A DNA stretch of 64,000 bases, taken from contig CAZCZB010000006.1 in assembly GCA_964502995.1 (NCBI GenBank), positions 16,057 to 80,056 on the forward strand, given 5' to 3'. Shown piece by piece: positions 25,498-34,744 of this stretch. Below the pieces are notes generated by a model that was given only the letters and a program-made list of their open reading frames with translations, did not search any database and was not told the origin of the DNA. Every line of letters starts with the position of its first letter. The stretch's first letter is position 1. This stretch comes from an uncultured Dehalococcoidia bacterium (GTDB lineage: Bacteria; Chloroflexota; Dehalococcoidia; Lucifugimonadales; UBA3495). Made by a program: the position numbers and the translations under genes.

Positions 25498-26757
25498 ATG
25501 CCTACCTTTCAGGCCCCGAGGGGCACCACCGACCGACTGCCGCCCGAGCAAAAATACTGGCGATACATCGAGGGCAAGGCCATGGACGTGGCCCGGCGGT
25601 TCGGTTACGGGCGCATCGACAGTCCGATGTTCGAAGACGCCGGGCTGTTCGTGAGGGGCGTGGGAGAGGGTACCGACATCGTCGAAAAGGAGATGTACGT
25701 CTTCGAGGACCGCGGGGGCGACATGCTCACCCTGCGGGCCGAGGGCACGGCGCCGGTGTGCCGCGCCTACCTGCAGCACGGGATGCAGAACCAGGCCCAG
25801 CCGGTGCGGATGTACTACCTTTGCCCGGTGTTCCGGTACGAGCGGCCCCAGGCGGGACGGTTCCGTCAGCACCACCAGTTCGGCATCGAGGCCATCGGCG
25901 ACCCGGACCCGTCGGTGGACGCCGAGGTGATCGAACTGGCGTGGACGTTCATGCACGACATCGGCCTGTCGGACATCACGTTGGTGACCAACAGCATAGG
26001 CGACGGCAAGTGTCGGCCGGAATACATTCGCGGGCTGAAGTCCTACTACGAAGGGATGCAGACCCATCTGTGCCAGGACTGCAAGAGCCGGCTGGAACGC
26101 AACCCGCTGCGTCTGCTGGACTGCAAGGTGGAAACGTGCCGCGCGCTGGGCGAGGATGCGCCCAAGTCCACCGAATGCCTGTGCGGCGAGTGCGACACCC
26201 ACTGGAGCCGGGTGCAGTCGTATCTGGACGCCATGGGCATCGCCAACCGTGTGGATCACCGACTGGTTCGGGGACTGGATTACTACACGCGGACGGTGTT
26301 TGAGATTCAACCGGCTGTTGAGGGTGCGCAGTCCACCATCTGCGGCGGTGGGAGATACGACGGGCTGATCGAGCAGTTGGGCGGTCGGGCGACTCCGGGC
26401 ATCGGGTTCGGGAGCGGGATTGAGCGGTTGGCGCTGAACGTGCAGCGGGCCGAGGTTGAGGTGCCGGATGAGCCGTCTCCACAGTACCTGATCGCGACGA
26501 TTGGCGAGGAAGCGCGGGTTGAGGGCGTGCGGCTGGCCAACCGGCTGCGCGGTGTCGGGGTCGGCGCGATTCTGGCCAACGGCGGCCGGGCGCTGCGAGG
26601 ACAGATGCGGCAGGCCAACGCGCTGGGAGTTTCGGCGGTTCTGATCATCGGTGAGGACGAGGTGCGGGACGGCACGGTGATGGTGAGGGATATGGGGACG
26701 TCGAGTCAGGAGGCGGTAACCGTTGACGGATTCGTCGGGAGTCTCGCCTCCGGGTAG
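25498..26757 (+). CDS. hisS: Histidine--tRNA ligase
   Basis: Track ORF of 419 aa. It begins MPTFQAPRGTTDRLPPEQ, then MLTLRAEGTAPVCRAY and RMYYLCPVFRYERPQAGRFRQHHQFG (class II motif 2), then GGGRYDGL (motif 3). Confidence 0.95.
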   Translation: MPTFQAPRGTTDRLPPEQKYWRYIEGKAMDVARRFGYGRIDSPMFEDAGLFVRGVGEGTDIVEKEMYVFEDRGGDMLTLRAEGTAPVCRAYLQHGMQNQAQPVRMYYLCPVFRYERPQAGRFRQHHQFGIEAIGDPDPSVDAEVIELAWTFMHDIGLSDITLVTNSIGDGKCRPEYIRGLKSYYEGMQTHLCQDCKSRLERNPLRLLDCKVETCRALGEDAPKSTECLCGECDTHWSRVQSYLDAMGIANRVDHRLVRGLDYYTRTVFEIQPAVEGAQSTICGGGRYDGLIEQLGGRATPGIGFGSGIERLALNVQRAEVEVPDEPSPQYLIATIGEEARVEGVRLANRLRGVGVGAILANGGRALRGQMRQANALGVSAVLIIGEDEVRDGTVMVRDMGTSSQEAVTVDGFVGSLASG

Positions 26758-26783
26758 TGGTCTGGCGCGTTCCCCGGAGCATG

Positions 26784-26807
26784 GGCCGGCCGAATGGTCG
26801 GCCTTTT
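26784..26807 (+). terminator. Rho-independent terminator after hisS
   Basis: GGCCGGCC-gaat-GGTCGGCC (8 bp with one G-U pair) followed by TTTT. Confidence 0.7.
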
Positions 26808-26867
26808 GATTTGCCCATGCGCCAATCAGAATAGAAAAAAGATTCGGAAATTGCGTCTCGATATTCG

Positions 26868-26895
26868 TTGACATCGAACGTCTGTTTCCTAGAAC
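26868..26895 (+). promoter_or_regulatory. Putative promoter TTGACA-16-TAGAAC
   Basis: TTGACA at 26868..26873 and TAGAAC at 26890..26895, upstream of the 26946 gene. Confidence 0.35.
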
Positions 26896-26945
26896 ATATC
26901 ACCAATACAAATGCGCGCCATGGGCGCGACAGGAGACAGGACGAA

Positions 26946-27245
26946 ATGACCAAGCAAGGCAGCATCGTAGGCGCGACCACCGCCGTGAAAACGGTGAGCA
27001 TTCCCGACCGGGGCAAGAAGGTGTACTACCGGGGCTTTTTGATTCACGGCGAAGTGCCCGGGTTGTGCTACGTGATCTACGGGAACAACGAACTGGGGCA
27101 GTTGGCCGAGTTGGGCGCCGCCGACGGGTTCTTTGCGGCCATGCGGTGGGTGGACCGTCACATGGGGGAGATGGCGAAACTGATGCCGGTGCCGCCCGCT
27201 GAGCCGGAGTACACGGACACGGACGAGCTACGCGCAGCCGCCTGA
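26946..27245 (+). CDS. Hypothetical protein (99 aa)
   Basis: The track ORF 26868..27245 is trimmed to the ATG at 26946, preceded by AGGAGA. It begins MTKQGSIVGATTAVKTVSIPDRGKKVYYRGFLIHG... with no recognised domain. Confidence 0.55.
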   Translation: MTKQGSIVGATTAVKTVSIPDRGKKVYYRGFLIHGEVPGLCYVIYGNNELGQLAELGAADGFFAAMRWVDRHMGEMAKLMPVPPAEPEYTDTDELRAAA

Positions 27246-27273
27246 CCTGTCGCGAGCAAATGACGGTAAAATC

Positions 27274-27307
27274 GTTCTGGGTTCCTGATGCTTCGGGAAC
27301 CCAGAAC
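27274..27307 (+). terminator. 12-bp perfect hairpin after the 26946 gene
   Basis: GTTCTGGGTTCC-tgatgcttcg-GGAACCCAGAAC followed by CGTTTCC. Confidence 0.5.
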
Positions 27308-27375
27308 CGTTTCCGGGTTCGATCCGGCGGGCGTTATGCGCCGCCGCCGGTAACCTCCAGGAGTTGACACGCCGA

Positions 27376-28095
27376 ATGACCGAAGACGCCGAGAAAACGA
27401 TTTGCTACCGCCGGGTGATTGACCTCAGCCATCCGGTTACACCGGGTATGCCTCGATGGCCGGGGGATCCGCCGGTGGCGTTTGATATCGTCGCACAGCG
27501 GAACCGCGATGGCTATTTCCTGCGGCGGTTCAGCATGGGCGAGCACAGCGGGACACATCTGGCCTCGCCATCCGCGTACCATGAGGGCGGGTTGGATTCG
27601 AGCGATGTTCCCGTTGATTCGCTGGTTGCGCCGGCGGTTGTGATCGATATCAGCGGGCCGGCGGAAGAAGACCCGGATTATGCGCTGTCGGCGACCGACG
27701 TTGCGGAGTGGGAGCGGGAACACGGTCCGATCCCGGCGGGTTCGCTGGTTCTGCTCAATACCGGGTGGAGCAGGTATTGGGACGATCCCCAACGGTTCAT
27801 CAACGCGGACGCAACAGGGATCATGCACACGCCGGGTTTCAGTCTCGAAGCCGTGCGCTTCCTGCTGGAATGGCGCGACGCGGGCGGTTTCGGGATTGAC
27901 ACGCATGGCATCGACGCGGGCATGGATGGCGACCTGTCGGTCAGCAGGTTTGCGCTGGGTCAGTCGGCGCTGGCGCTGGAATGCCTCAACGCCCTGGACA
28001 GATTGCCGGCAACAGGCGCAACCATCATCGTGGGACGGTTGCGCCTGGTCGGTGGCAGCGGTTCGCCGGCGTCGGTTATCGCGCTGACACCGTGA
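27376..28095 (+). CDS. Cyclase family protein (kynurenine formamidase-like)
   Basis: The track ORF runs 27364..28095. The ATG at 27376 lies 12 nt after AGGAG. It contains VIDLSHPVTPGMPRWPGDP and GEHSGTHLASP (the HxGTHxD-like motif). Confidence 0.8.
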   Translation: MTEDAEKTICYRRVIDLSHPVTPGMPRWPGDPPVAFDIVAQRNRDGYFLRRFSMGEHSGTHLASPSAYHEGGLDSSDVPVDSLVAPAVVIDISGPAEEDPDYALSATDVAEWEREHGPIPAGSLVLLNTGWSRYWDDPQRFINADATGIMHTPGFSLEAVRFLLEWRDAGGFGIDTHGIDAGMDGDLSVSRFALGQSALALECLNALDRLPATGATIIVGRLRLVGGSGSPASVIALTP

Positions 28096-28113
28096 CCGCT
28101 GCGGGGCAATTGG

Positions 28114-28509
28114 TCAGACGGTCGCCGCACCGGCGGCGGCGCACTGCTCGTCCTCCTGGCTGGTTCCGCCGCCGACGCCGCAGGCTCCGACGACCGCGCC
28201 GTCGCTGACGATGGGGACTGCGCCCTGGCCGAAGATCATCTCGGATCCCGAACGCTCGCGGATGCCGGCGGGCGTGGGCGCGGTGGCCCGGTCCTGCATC
28301 TCGCCGCTGGGACGGCCGAACGCGGCCGAGGCGACGGCCTTGCCCTGGCATCCGTAGGCCGACGCCCAGATGGCGCCGTCCATGCGCTGCAGGCCGATGA
28401 GGCGTCCACCGGAGTCCACGACTGCGACGCTGATCTTGATGTTCAACTCTTCGGCCTTGGCGATGGCCGCGGCCATGATACGGTTGCTGTCCGCTAGTGA
28501 TAGGGCCAT
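28114..28509 (-). CDS. GlcG/HbpS-like haem-binding protein (DUF336)
   Basis: Track ORF of 131 aa containing AAIAKAEELNIKISVAVVDSGGRLIGLQRMDGA and GAVVGACGVGGGTSQEDEQCA. Confidence 0.8.
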   Translation of the reverse strand: MALSLADSNRIMAAAIAKAEELNIKISVAVVDSGGRLIGLQRMDGAIWASAYGCQGKAVASAAFGRPSGEMQDRATAPTPAGIRERSGSEMIFGQGAVPIVSDGAVVGACGVGGGTSQEDEQCAAAGAATV

Positions 28510-28725
28510 TTTGATTCCTCCATGCAGTTGGCCGGCGTCGCTGCGCCGGCGGTTCGCCGGCCATGATATGTGCGGAGGGAACTGTCGGCAAGCGGGAATC
28601 GTTTCTGCGGCGCGGTGCGACGTTCCGTTTTGGGTGGATTGGCCGTGCGCAGGGGCGGCGTGGTGATTCTGCCACCACAGATTGCAGCGCCGCCGGGGCC
28701 GGCGGCGGGCGCGGTTACTGGGCCG

Positions 28726-28734
28726 ATGCTATAC
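28726..28734 (+). promoter_or_regulatory. Extended -10 element TGCTATACT upstream of hisF
   Basis: The 15-mer ATGCTATACTGATTT (28725..28739) recurs on the minus strand upstream of tRNA-Lys (55469..55483). Confidence 0.45.
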
Positions 28735-28770
28735 TGATTTGCGATTTTTCTGACTGAGCCGTATGCCATC

Positions 28771-29580
28771 GTGTTGACGCGCCGAATCATACCCTGCCTT
28801 GACGTTGACGCCGGCCGTGTCGTCAAGGGGACCAGTTTCGTCAATCTGCGCGACGCCGGCGACCCTGCCGAATTGGCGTCCCGCTACGACGAGGAGGGCG
28901 CGGACGAGTTGGTCTTCCTGGACATCACCGCGAGCAGCGACGCCCGGGACACCATCGTGGACGTGGTGCGCGCCGTGTCGGAGCAGGTTTTTATCCCGCT
29001 GACCGTGGGCGGCGGCATCCGTTCCATTGAGGACGTGCGCCGGATGCTCAACGCCGGGGCCGACAAAGTGTCTGTCAACACCGCCGCGATCAACACTCCT
29101 GAGCTTGTGGTGGAGGGATCCGCGCAGTTCGGCAGCCAGTGCATCGTTACGGCCATCGACGCCCGGCGCGTTGTGCCCGGTGAATCGTACCCCGAGCCCA
29201 GGGATGAGTCCCTGGGGTTGGATGAGGCGTCGGGCTGGCAGGTTTACACCCACGGCGGCCGCAACCCGACGGGCCTGGATGCGGTGAAATGGGCGAAGCG
29301 CACCGTTGCCTTGGGATCGGGCGAGATCCTGCTGACCAGCATGGACGAGGACGGGCAGCAGGACGGATATGACCTGCCGCTGACCCGGTCGATCTCGCGA
29401 GCGGTGCCGGTGCCGGTAATCGCCAGCGGCGGCGCGGGCAAACTCGATCACCTCTACGACGCCTTCTCCGACGGAGAGGCTGACGCGGTGCTGGCGGCGA
29501 GTATCTTTCACTTCGGCTCCTATTCCATCGCCGAGGCCAAGCAATTCCTGGCCGGGCGCGGCATCCCGATGCGGGTCTGA
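28771..29580 (+). CDS. hisF: Imidazole glycerol phosphate synthase, cyclase subunit
   Basis: Track ORF of 269 aa with a GTG start. It begins [32 protein letters not shown], then [17 protein letters not shown], and SGGAG...ASIFHFG. Confidence 0.95.
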   Translation: MLTRRIIPCLDVDAGRVVKGTSFVNLRDAGDPAELASRYDEEGADELVFLDITASSDARDTIVDVVRAVSEQVFIPLTVGGGIRSIEDVRRMLNAGADKVSVNTAAINTPELVVEGSAQFGSQCIVTAIDARRVVPGESYPEPRDESLGLDEASGWQVYTHGGRNPTGLDAVKWAKRTVALGSGEILLTSMDEDGQQDGYDLPLTRSISRAVPVPVIASGGAGKLDHLYDAFSDGEADAVLAASIFHFGSYSIAEAKQFLAGRGIPMRV

Positions 29581-29610
29581 TTCCACCTCACATCCTCCCG
29601 GAGCGAGTAC

Positions 29611-30309
29611 ATGAGCGTTATCACCACCGTAATCTTCGACATGTTCAACACGATAGCGCAGGATACCCGGGAGTTCTGGCACCGCTCGTTCGTCGACATC
29701 ATCGAGGAGCAGGGGCTGGACACCACGCCGGAGGCGCTGCGGGACGCCTGGGATAACGGGTCCGGCAGTTTTCGGACTCGGCGCATCGACCCCGATGGAC
29801 CGTTCATATCCTACCTGGACGGTTGGGCCGACGCTTTCCGGTGCGCGTTTGAGGACCTGAACGTTGACGGCGACCCGCTGGCCGCGTCGCAGAAATCCAT
29901 CAACGACCTGCGGGAACGCCCGCTGTTTCCCGATGCACCCGATGCCCTGTCGTTACTGGGACAGGACCGGCGACTGGCGGTGCTGTCCAACGCGGACGAC
30001 GCGTATCTTGAGCCCGTGGTCGCCCGGATACCTGTGTCCTTCGCCACCGTTATTTCATCGGAAGGCGGCAGGTGTTACAAACCCGACGCCAGACTGTTTC
30101 GGATGGCGCTGGAACGATTGCAGGTGGAGCCGACGGAGTGCGTGTACGTGGGCGACAAGCAGTTTGAGGACATCAAAGGCGCGCGCGGCGTCGGCATGTC
30201 GGCAGTGTGGATCAACCGCAGGGGCGATCCGTTCAACCCGGACCTGCCCGCGCCCGACGCGGAAATCCGCGATCTGCTGGAACTGCCCGCCGTGCTGGAA
30301 CGCCTGTGA
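29611..30309 (+). CDS. HAD-superfamily hydrolase (haloacid dehalogenase-like subfamily)
   Basis: Track ORF of 232 aa. Motif I reads FDMFNT, which is DxFxT rather than DxDxT; motif II is LSNA; motif III/IV is K...GDKQFEDIKGARGVG. Confidence 0.8.
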   Translation: MSVITTVIFDMFNTIAQDTREFWHRSFVDIIEEQGLDTTPEALRDAWDNGSGSFRTRRIDPDGPFISYLDGWADAFRCAFEDLNVDGDPLAASQKSINDLRERPLFPDAPDALSLLGQDRRLAVLSNADDAYLEPVVARIPVSFATVISSEGGRCYKPDARLFRMALERLQVEPTECVYVGDKQFEDIKGARGVGMSAVWINRRGDPFNPDLPAPDAEIRDLLELPAVLERL

Positions 30310-30353
30310 TCGGGGCGCGGCAATACCGTTAGAAACCTGGAGGAATGCAGGCC

Positions 30354-30977
30354 ATGACCGAAGTAAAACTGGATGACAGGGGGCTGGTGCCGGCCATCGC
30401 CCAGGACATCAACACCGGGCAGGTGCTGATGCTGGGTTACATGAACCCGGGTTCGCTGAAACGCACCGTGGAGGGCGTTCAAGTCTGGTTCTACAGCCGG
30501 AGCCAGGAGGACCTGTGGCACAAAGGGGAAGTCTCCGGCAACTACCTGAACCTGCGGGAGTGGTACGTGGACTGCGACTCCGACACCATCCTGCTCAAGG
30601 TGGAACCGGACGGCCCGACGTGCCATACCGGGGAGCCGAGCTGCTTCTTCACCAAAATGGACGGTCTGCCGGACGAATATACGGTAACGGAAGGCGGGCC
30701 CCGAGTTCTGGATGAATTGTTCGCCGTGATCAAGGACCGCCAACGGGAGATGCCTGAGGGCAGTTACACCGCCCGCCTGTTGGCGGAAGGCACCAGCAAG
30801 GTGGGCCAGAAGGTGATCGAGGAAGCCGGCGAGACTGCGCTGGCAGCGGCCACCGGGGATTCGGAAAACCTGCCCGGCGAGATTGCCGACCTGCTCTACC
30901 ACACACTGACGCTGATGGCGTCGGCAGGAGTGTCGCCCAACGCCGTTTGGGCGGAATTGCGCAACCGTCGCGGTTAG
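30354..30977 (+). CDS. hisIE: Bifunctional phosphoribosyl-AMP cyclohydrolase / phosphoribosyl-ATP pyrophosphatase
   Basis: The track ORF runs 30345..30977. GGAGGA abuts the ATG at 30345, so I prefer the ATG at 30354. It contains LVPAIAQD..TGQVLMLGYMN, DCDSDTILLKVEPDGPTCHTGEPSCFF, and a HisE tail SYTARLL...EEAGE...LLYH. Confidence 0.92.
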   Translation: MTEVKLDDRGLVPAIAQDINTGQVLMLGYMNPGSLKRTVEGVQVWFYSRSQEDLWHKGEVSGNYLNLREWYVDCDSDTILLKVEPDGPTCHTGEPSCFFTKMDGLPDEYTVTEGGPRVLDELFAVIKDRQREMPEGSYTARLLAEGTSKVGQKVIEEAGETALAAATGDSENLPGEIADLLYHTLTLMASAGVSPNAVWAELRNRRG

Positions 30978-31115
30978 GGATTCATGCGTGCCCGGTTCAC
31001 CGCGTAAGGGCGGTTCGCATGGATGAACGGGAGTTGATATTGTGAATGGGCATCCCGCTCCCGATTCTCTACTGCCTAAAGCGGACAGATAACGACGAAC
31101 CGCCGGAGAGCAACC

Positions 31116-31472
31116 TTGGGAACTGTAACAGTATCGCTCCAGGTCGGCGACCGCCAGGGCCGTAATTTCGAAGAGCTGAAAATTATCGTGGACACCGGCT
31201 CTACCTACACCGCAGTGCCCCGGGCCATGCTCGAACGACTGGGAGTGCCCATCCAACGGTCAATGCCATCACAGACCGCAGACGGCAGGATCGCCCCAGT
31301 GGACATCGGCCAAACCATCGTGAGGCTCGAAGGGCCAGAGTTTTACACGCCAGTCATATTCGCCGAAGAACACGAACCCAGCCTCCTGGGGGTCGTAACC
31401 TTGGAAGAGGCAGGTCTCGCTGTTGACCCAGTCAACGGCCACCTCATCCCCACACATCTCCTCCGATACTGA
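31116..31472 (+). CDS. Retropepsin-like (clan AA) aspartyl protease domain protein
   Basis: Track ORF of 118 aa with a TTG start 7 nt after GGAGA. It has the catalytic-type motif IIVDTGSTYTAVP and the size typical of single-domain bacterial retropepsins. It sits in a locally AT-richer patch. Confidence 0.65.
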   Translation: MGTVTVSLQVGDRQGRNFEELKIIVDTGSTYTAVPRAMLERLGVPIQRSMPSQTADGRIAPVDIGQTIVRLEGPEFYTPVIFAEEHEPSLLGVVTLEEAGLAVDPVNGHLIPTHLLRY

Positions 31473-31535
31473 GCGCACCGGGCACGTCGCTGATGCCGGC
31501 GGCGCATCAAACCCGCCATCAATTGGTCCATATAT

Positions 31536-32255
31536 CTATGCGGTTGGGCCGTCGATCGTGAGGTTTGGGATTGGTTCGCCGTGGGCGTAGCGGCGCCAGA
31601 TTCCGTCGCGGTACACCGTTATGTTCGAACTGCCCAGGGCGGTGGCGGCGCCGGGTTCCAGTAGGACGCCTGAGCCGCCGTCGATTCCCAGCACGGTCAG
31701 GCCGACGAACTCGCGACCGACAATTTGGGTCAGCACGGATTCCGGATCGCTGCGTTCGTGGTGGGGCAGCGTCATGACGTTGGGCACGATGTTCAGGGCG
31801 TTGGATACGGGTGAGCGTGACGACGGGCGTCGCATCACCGCGCCCAATACCATCGCGCCCGCGCTTGAGCCGGCCAGGATCGCGCCGGCGTTGTTGGCCG
31901 CAACCACCGCATCGAGCAGGACGGAGCGGACCAGTACGGTATGGAGATGCTCGGGACTGCCGCCGGTGAAATAGATGACATGGGCGCCCTGGAGTTGGCC
32001 CGCCATGCGGGGGTTGTCGGCGTCCTGGCGTTGGATCACGTCCACGCTGTACGCATCGGCGCCGAGGCCCTGGAAATGGCGGATGCCGTTGGATGCGGCC
32101 AGCGCCGGGTTTTCGCGGGCGGCGGCCGTTGGTATGATAGCCACGCGCGGCGCGGTCTGGCCCGTCAATTCCAACATACGGCGGTCCATACCCACCGCAG
32201 CGGGGCGAAACTCCTCGCCGCCAACCAGCAGAATCCTTCGCGTTACAGTAGTCAA
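31536..32255 (-). CDS. Peptidase S51 / type-1 glutamine-amidotransferase-like protein (cyanophycinase/dipeptidase E family)
   Basis: Track ORF of 239 aa containing VAIIPTAA, IYFTGGSP and LAGSSAGAMVLG (the nucleophile Ser motif). Confidence 0.75.
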   Translation of the reverse strand: MTTVTRRILLVGGEEFRPAAVGMDRRMLELTGQTAPRVAIIPTAAARENPALAASNGIRHFQGLGADAYSVDVIQRQDADNPRMAGQLQGAHVIYFTGGSPEHLHTVLVRSVLLDAVVAANNAGAILAGSSAGAMVLGAVMRRPSSRSPVSNALNIVPNVMTLPHHERSDPESVLTQIVGREFVGLTVLGIDGGSGVLLEPGAATALGSSNITVYRDGIWRRYAHGEPIPNLTIDGPTA

Positions 32256-32296
32256 ATGCCCAAACCTACCTGGCCAACGCCTACCCTGGGGGAAAG

Positions 32297-32698
32297 ATGT
32301 TCGAGTTTATACATCACGTCCGTATCCTTGTCCATGACGCCGACGAAATGGCGGCGTACATCGAGGAGAACTTCGGCATGACGCCGGTCAAGATCGAGGT
32401 GTTTCCGGCGCGGGGAATGAAGAACGCGACCTTCAAGGTTGGCCAGACCAACGTGGAGTTCACCGAGCCTCTGGATCCGGAATCGGCGATGGGGCAGTAT
32501 CTCAAGACCTTTGGGCCCGGCCCGTATCACATGGCGTTTGGCGTGACCGGCATTGCCGACAGGGCCGCCGAACTGGCCGCCAAGGGAAACGAGATGCGCG
32601 GCGAGAACGGGATGTCGCGCAGCGCCGAGGGCTACATGACCGCGAATATCTCGCCCGGCAGCGCGCTGGGATTCCCATTCCAGATCGCAGAGGGGTAA
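32297..32698 (+). CDS. VOC family protein (glyoxalase / methylmalonyl-CoA epimerase-like)
   Basis: Track ORF of 133 aa containing HHVRILVHD, EFTEPLD and GPGPYHMAFGV. Confidence 0.75.
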   Translation: MFEFIHHVRILVHDADEMAAYIEENFGMTPVKIEVFPARGMKNATFKVGQTNVEFTEPLDPESAMGQYLKTFGPGPYHMAFGVTGIADRAAELAAKGNEMRGENGMSRSAEGYMTANISPGSALGFPFQIAEG

Positions 32699-32774
32699 CC
32701 GCCGCGCCGGGCGTAGCGGGTGCTAACATATAGCTTCGATTTTCACGCCGACATATCCCACCGGATTACCAAAA

Positions 32775-34466
32775 ATGCTTGTCAGAGATACCATCGCCAC
32801 AGCAGTAGCCGCCGCAATGGAACGGGCCAACGCAGACGGCGCCATCAGCGTCGATGCGGTGCCCGACATTGAGATTGAACGGCCCAACAACCCTGAGCAC
32901 GGCGACTTCGCCACCAACCTGCCGCTGCGCCTGGCGCGGGCGGCGCGGGCCAACCCGATGCAACTGGCGCAGATCATCGCCGACCGCATTGAGAGCGGGC
33001 CGGAGATCGAAAGCGTGTCCGCCGCGCCTCCGGGGTTCGTCAACTTCAAGCTGAGCGAGTCGTGGCTGCAGCAGCAGGTTGAGATCGTCCGGGAGGCTGG
33101 CGATTCATTCGGCGCGTCGGACGTTGGCGCCGGGCGCAGGGTGATGGTGGAGTTTGTAAGCGTGAACCCGACGGGGCCGGTACACGTCGGCCACACTCGC
33201 GGCGCCGTGCTGGGCAGCGCGCTGGCGAACACGCTGGCGGCGGCCGGGTATGACGTGACGCGCGAATACTACATCAACGACGCAGGGTCGCAGATGGAGG
33301 CATTCTACCGCTCGGTTTGGACGCGGTATCAGCAGGCGCTGGGGCAGGACGCAGAGATGCCCGACAACGGATACCAGGGCGACTACATCGCGGACATAGC
33401 GTCGGACATCATCGGCGTGGACGGCAACAGTTACCTGGAAAAGCGGGAAGCCGCCGCCGTGCGCGAGATCGGCGACGTGGCCCGCGAGAAGATGGTCGCG
33501 CTGATCAGGGACGACCTGGACGCCATCGGCGTGCGGTTCGACAACTGGTTCAGCGAGCGGCAGTTGTTCCAGAATCCCGAAAACGACGCCAGCAATTACG
33601 ACCGGGCGATGGCGCGCCTGCGTGAGGGGGGGCACCTGGCGGAGCGCAGCGGCGCGCTGTGGTTCATGTCCACCAATTTGGGCGACGAACGCGACAACGT
33701 GGTGGTGCGGTCATCGGGTGAACCCACGTACTTCGCGTCGGACATTGCGTACCATTTCAACAAGTTTGAGGATCGGGGATTCGACCGGGTCATCGACATC
33801 TGGGGCGCGGACCACCAGGGCCACGTACCCCGGATGCACGCCGCCGTTTCCGCGCTGGGCATCGAACCCGACAACCTGACCGTCCTGATTTCCCAGATGG
33901 TCACGCTGAAACGGGGCGACGAGACCGTTCGGGCCTCGAAGCGCACCGGGGATTTTGTGACGCTGCGGGAGTTGGTGGACGAGGTGGGGATGGACGCCTG
34001 CCGGTACTTCTTCCTGGCGAGGGCGGCGTCCACGCAGATGGAGTTTGACCTGGAGTTGGCGACCCGGGAATCGTCGGAAAATCCGGTGTACTACGTGCAG
34101 TATGCGCACGCGCGGAACGCGAGCATCCTCAACCTGGCCGCCGAGCGGGACATCCGGTACGAGGACGGCGACGTCAGTCTGCTGACGCATCCTTACGAGC
34201 TGGAACTGATCCGCACAATGCTGCGGCTGCCGGAGTTGATCGTGCAGGTGGCGGAAAACCTGGAACCGCACCACCTGCCGCACTATGCCACCGAGTTGGC
34301 GACGGCGTTCCATCACTTCTACGAGAATTGCCGGGTGATCTCGGCGAATCCCGAGGATAACGACGTTACCCTGGCGCGTTTGAAGCTGGTCGCCGCCGCG
34401 CAGGTTGCGTTCCGCCGCACGCTCACACTGATGGGGATGTCGGCGCCGGAACGAATGGAGAGGTGA
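32775..34466 (+). CDS. argS: Arginine--tRNA ligase
   Basis: Track ORF of 563 aa containing HGDFATN, SVNPTGPVHVGHTRGAVLG (the HIGH region), EYYINDAGSQM and a DALR anticodon-binding C-terminus. Confidence 0.95.
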   Translation: MLVRDTIATAVAAAMERANADGAISVDAVPDIEIERPNNPEHGDFATNLPLRLARAARANPMQLAQIIADRIESGPEIESVSAAPPGFVNFKLSESWLQQQVEIVREAGDSFGASDVGAGRRVMVEFVSVNPTGPVHVGHTRGAVLGSALANTLAAAGYDVTREYYINDAGSQMEAFYRSVWTRYQQALGQDAEMPDNGYQGDYIADIASDIIGVDGNSYLEKREAAAVREIGDVAREKMVALIRDDLDAIGVRFDNWFSERQLFQNPENDASNYDRAMARLREGGHLAERSGALWFMSTNLGDERDNVVVRSSGEPTYFASDIAYHFNKFEDRGFDRVIDIWGADHQGHVPRMHAAVSALGIEPDNLTVLISQMVTLKRGDETVRASKRTGDFVTLRELVDEVGMDACRYFFLARAASTQMEFDLELATRESSENPVYYVQYAHARNASILNLAAERDIRYEDGDVSLLTHPYELELIRTMLRLPELIVQVAENLEPHHLPHYATELATAFHHFYENCRVISANPEDNDVTLARLKLVAAAQVAFRRTLTLMGMSAPERMER

Positions 34467-34588
34467 TTGGCGGGGATGCCTCCGGGGTTGATTGGGGCGA
34501 TCCACGGGCGCGGCGGTTGACGTTGGATGGGGGGGTTGGGCCTGCGATTATTGGCACGCCGGCCCTGACCGGCACACCGGCCCGTAAT

Positions 34589-34650
34589 CCGCTCATGGTG
34601 AGCCTGTCGAACCCATGAACCCCATCCTTCGACAAGCTCAGGATGAGCGG
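34589..34650. repeat. Inverted pair of the TTCGACA(G/A)GCTCA..ATGAGCGG element (composite palindrome)
   Basis: CCGCTCATGGTGAGCCTGTCGAA (34589..34611, reverse orientation), a 16-nt gap, then TTCGACAAGCTCAGGATGAGCGG (34628..34650). Together they could form a hairpin of about 23 bp with 3 mismatches. Confidence 0.8.
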
Positions 34651-34671
34651 CAGGGGCGGGACGGACGACAG

Positions 34672-34710
34672 GGTGGCGTGCGCGATGGATGAGCCGGTGG
34701 CGTGCGCGAT
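34672..34710 (+). repeat. Direct repeat GGTGGCGTGCGCGAT x2, 24 nt apart
   Basis: Copies at 34672..34686 and 34696..34710, just upstream of the ABC-exporter promoter candidate. Confidence 0.8.
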
Positions 34711-34744
34711 AATCGAAAAACCCTGAAACAGGGGAAGGCCATCC

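Noticed and set aside
29611-30309. The HAD hydrolase between hisF and hisIE as the missing histidinol-phosphate phosphatase
   Set aside because: Motif I reads FDMFNT (D-x-F-x-T). It lacks the second Asp (DxDxT) that HAD phosphatases need as a general acid/base, and it resembles the haloacid-dehalogenase-type subfamily instead. Context alone is not enough to support the idea.
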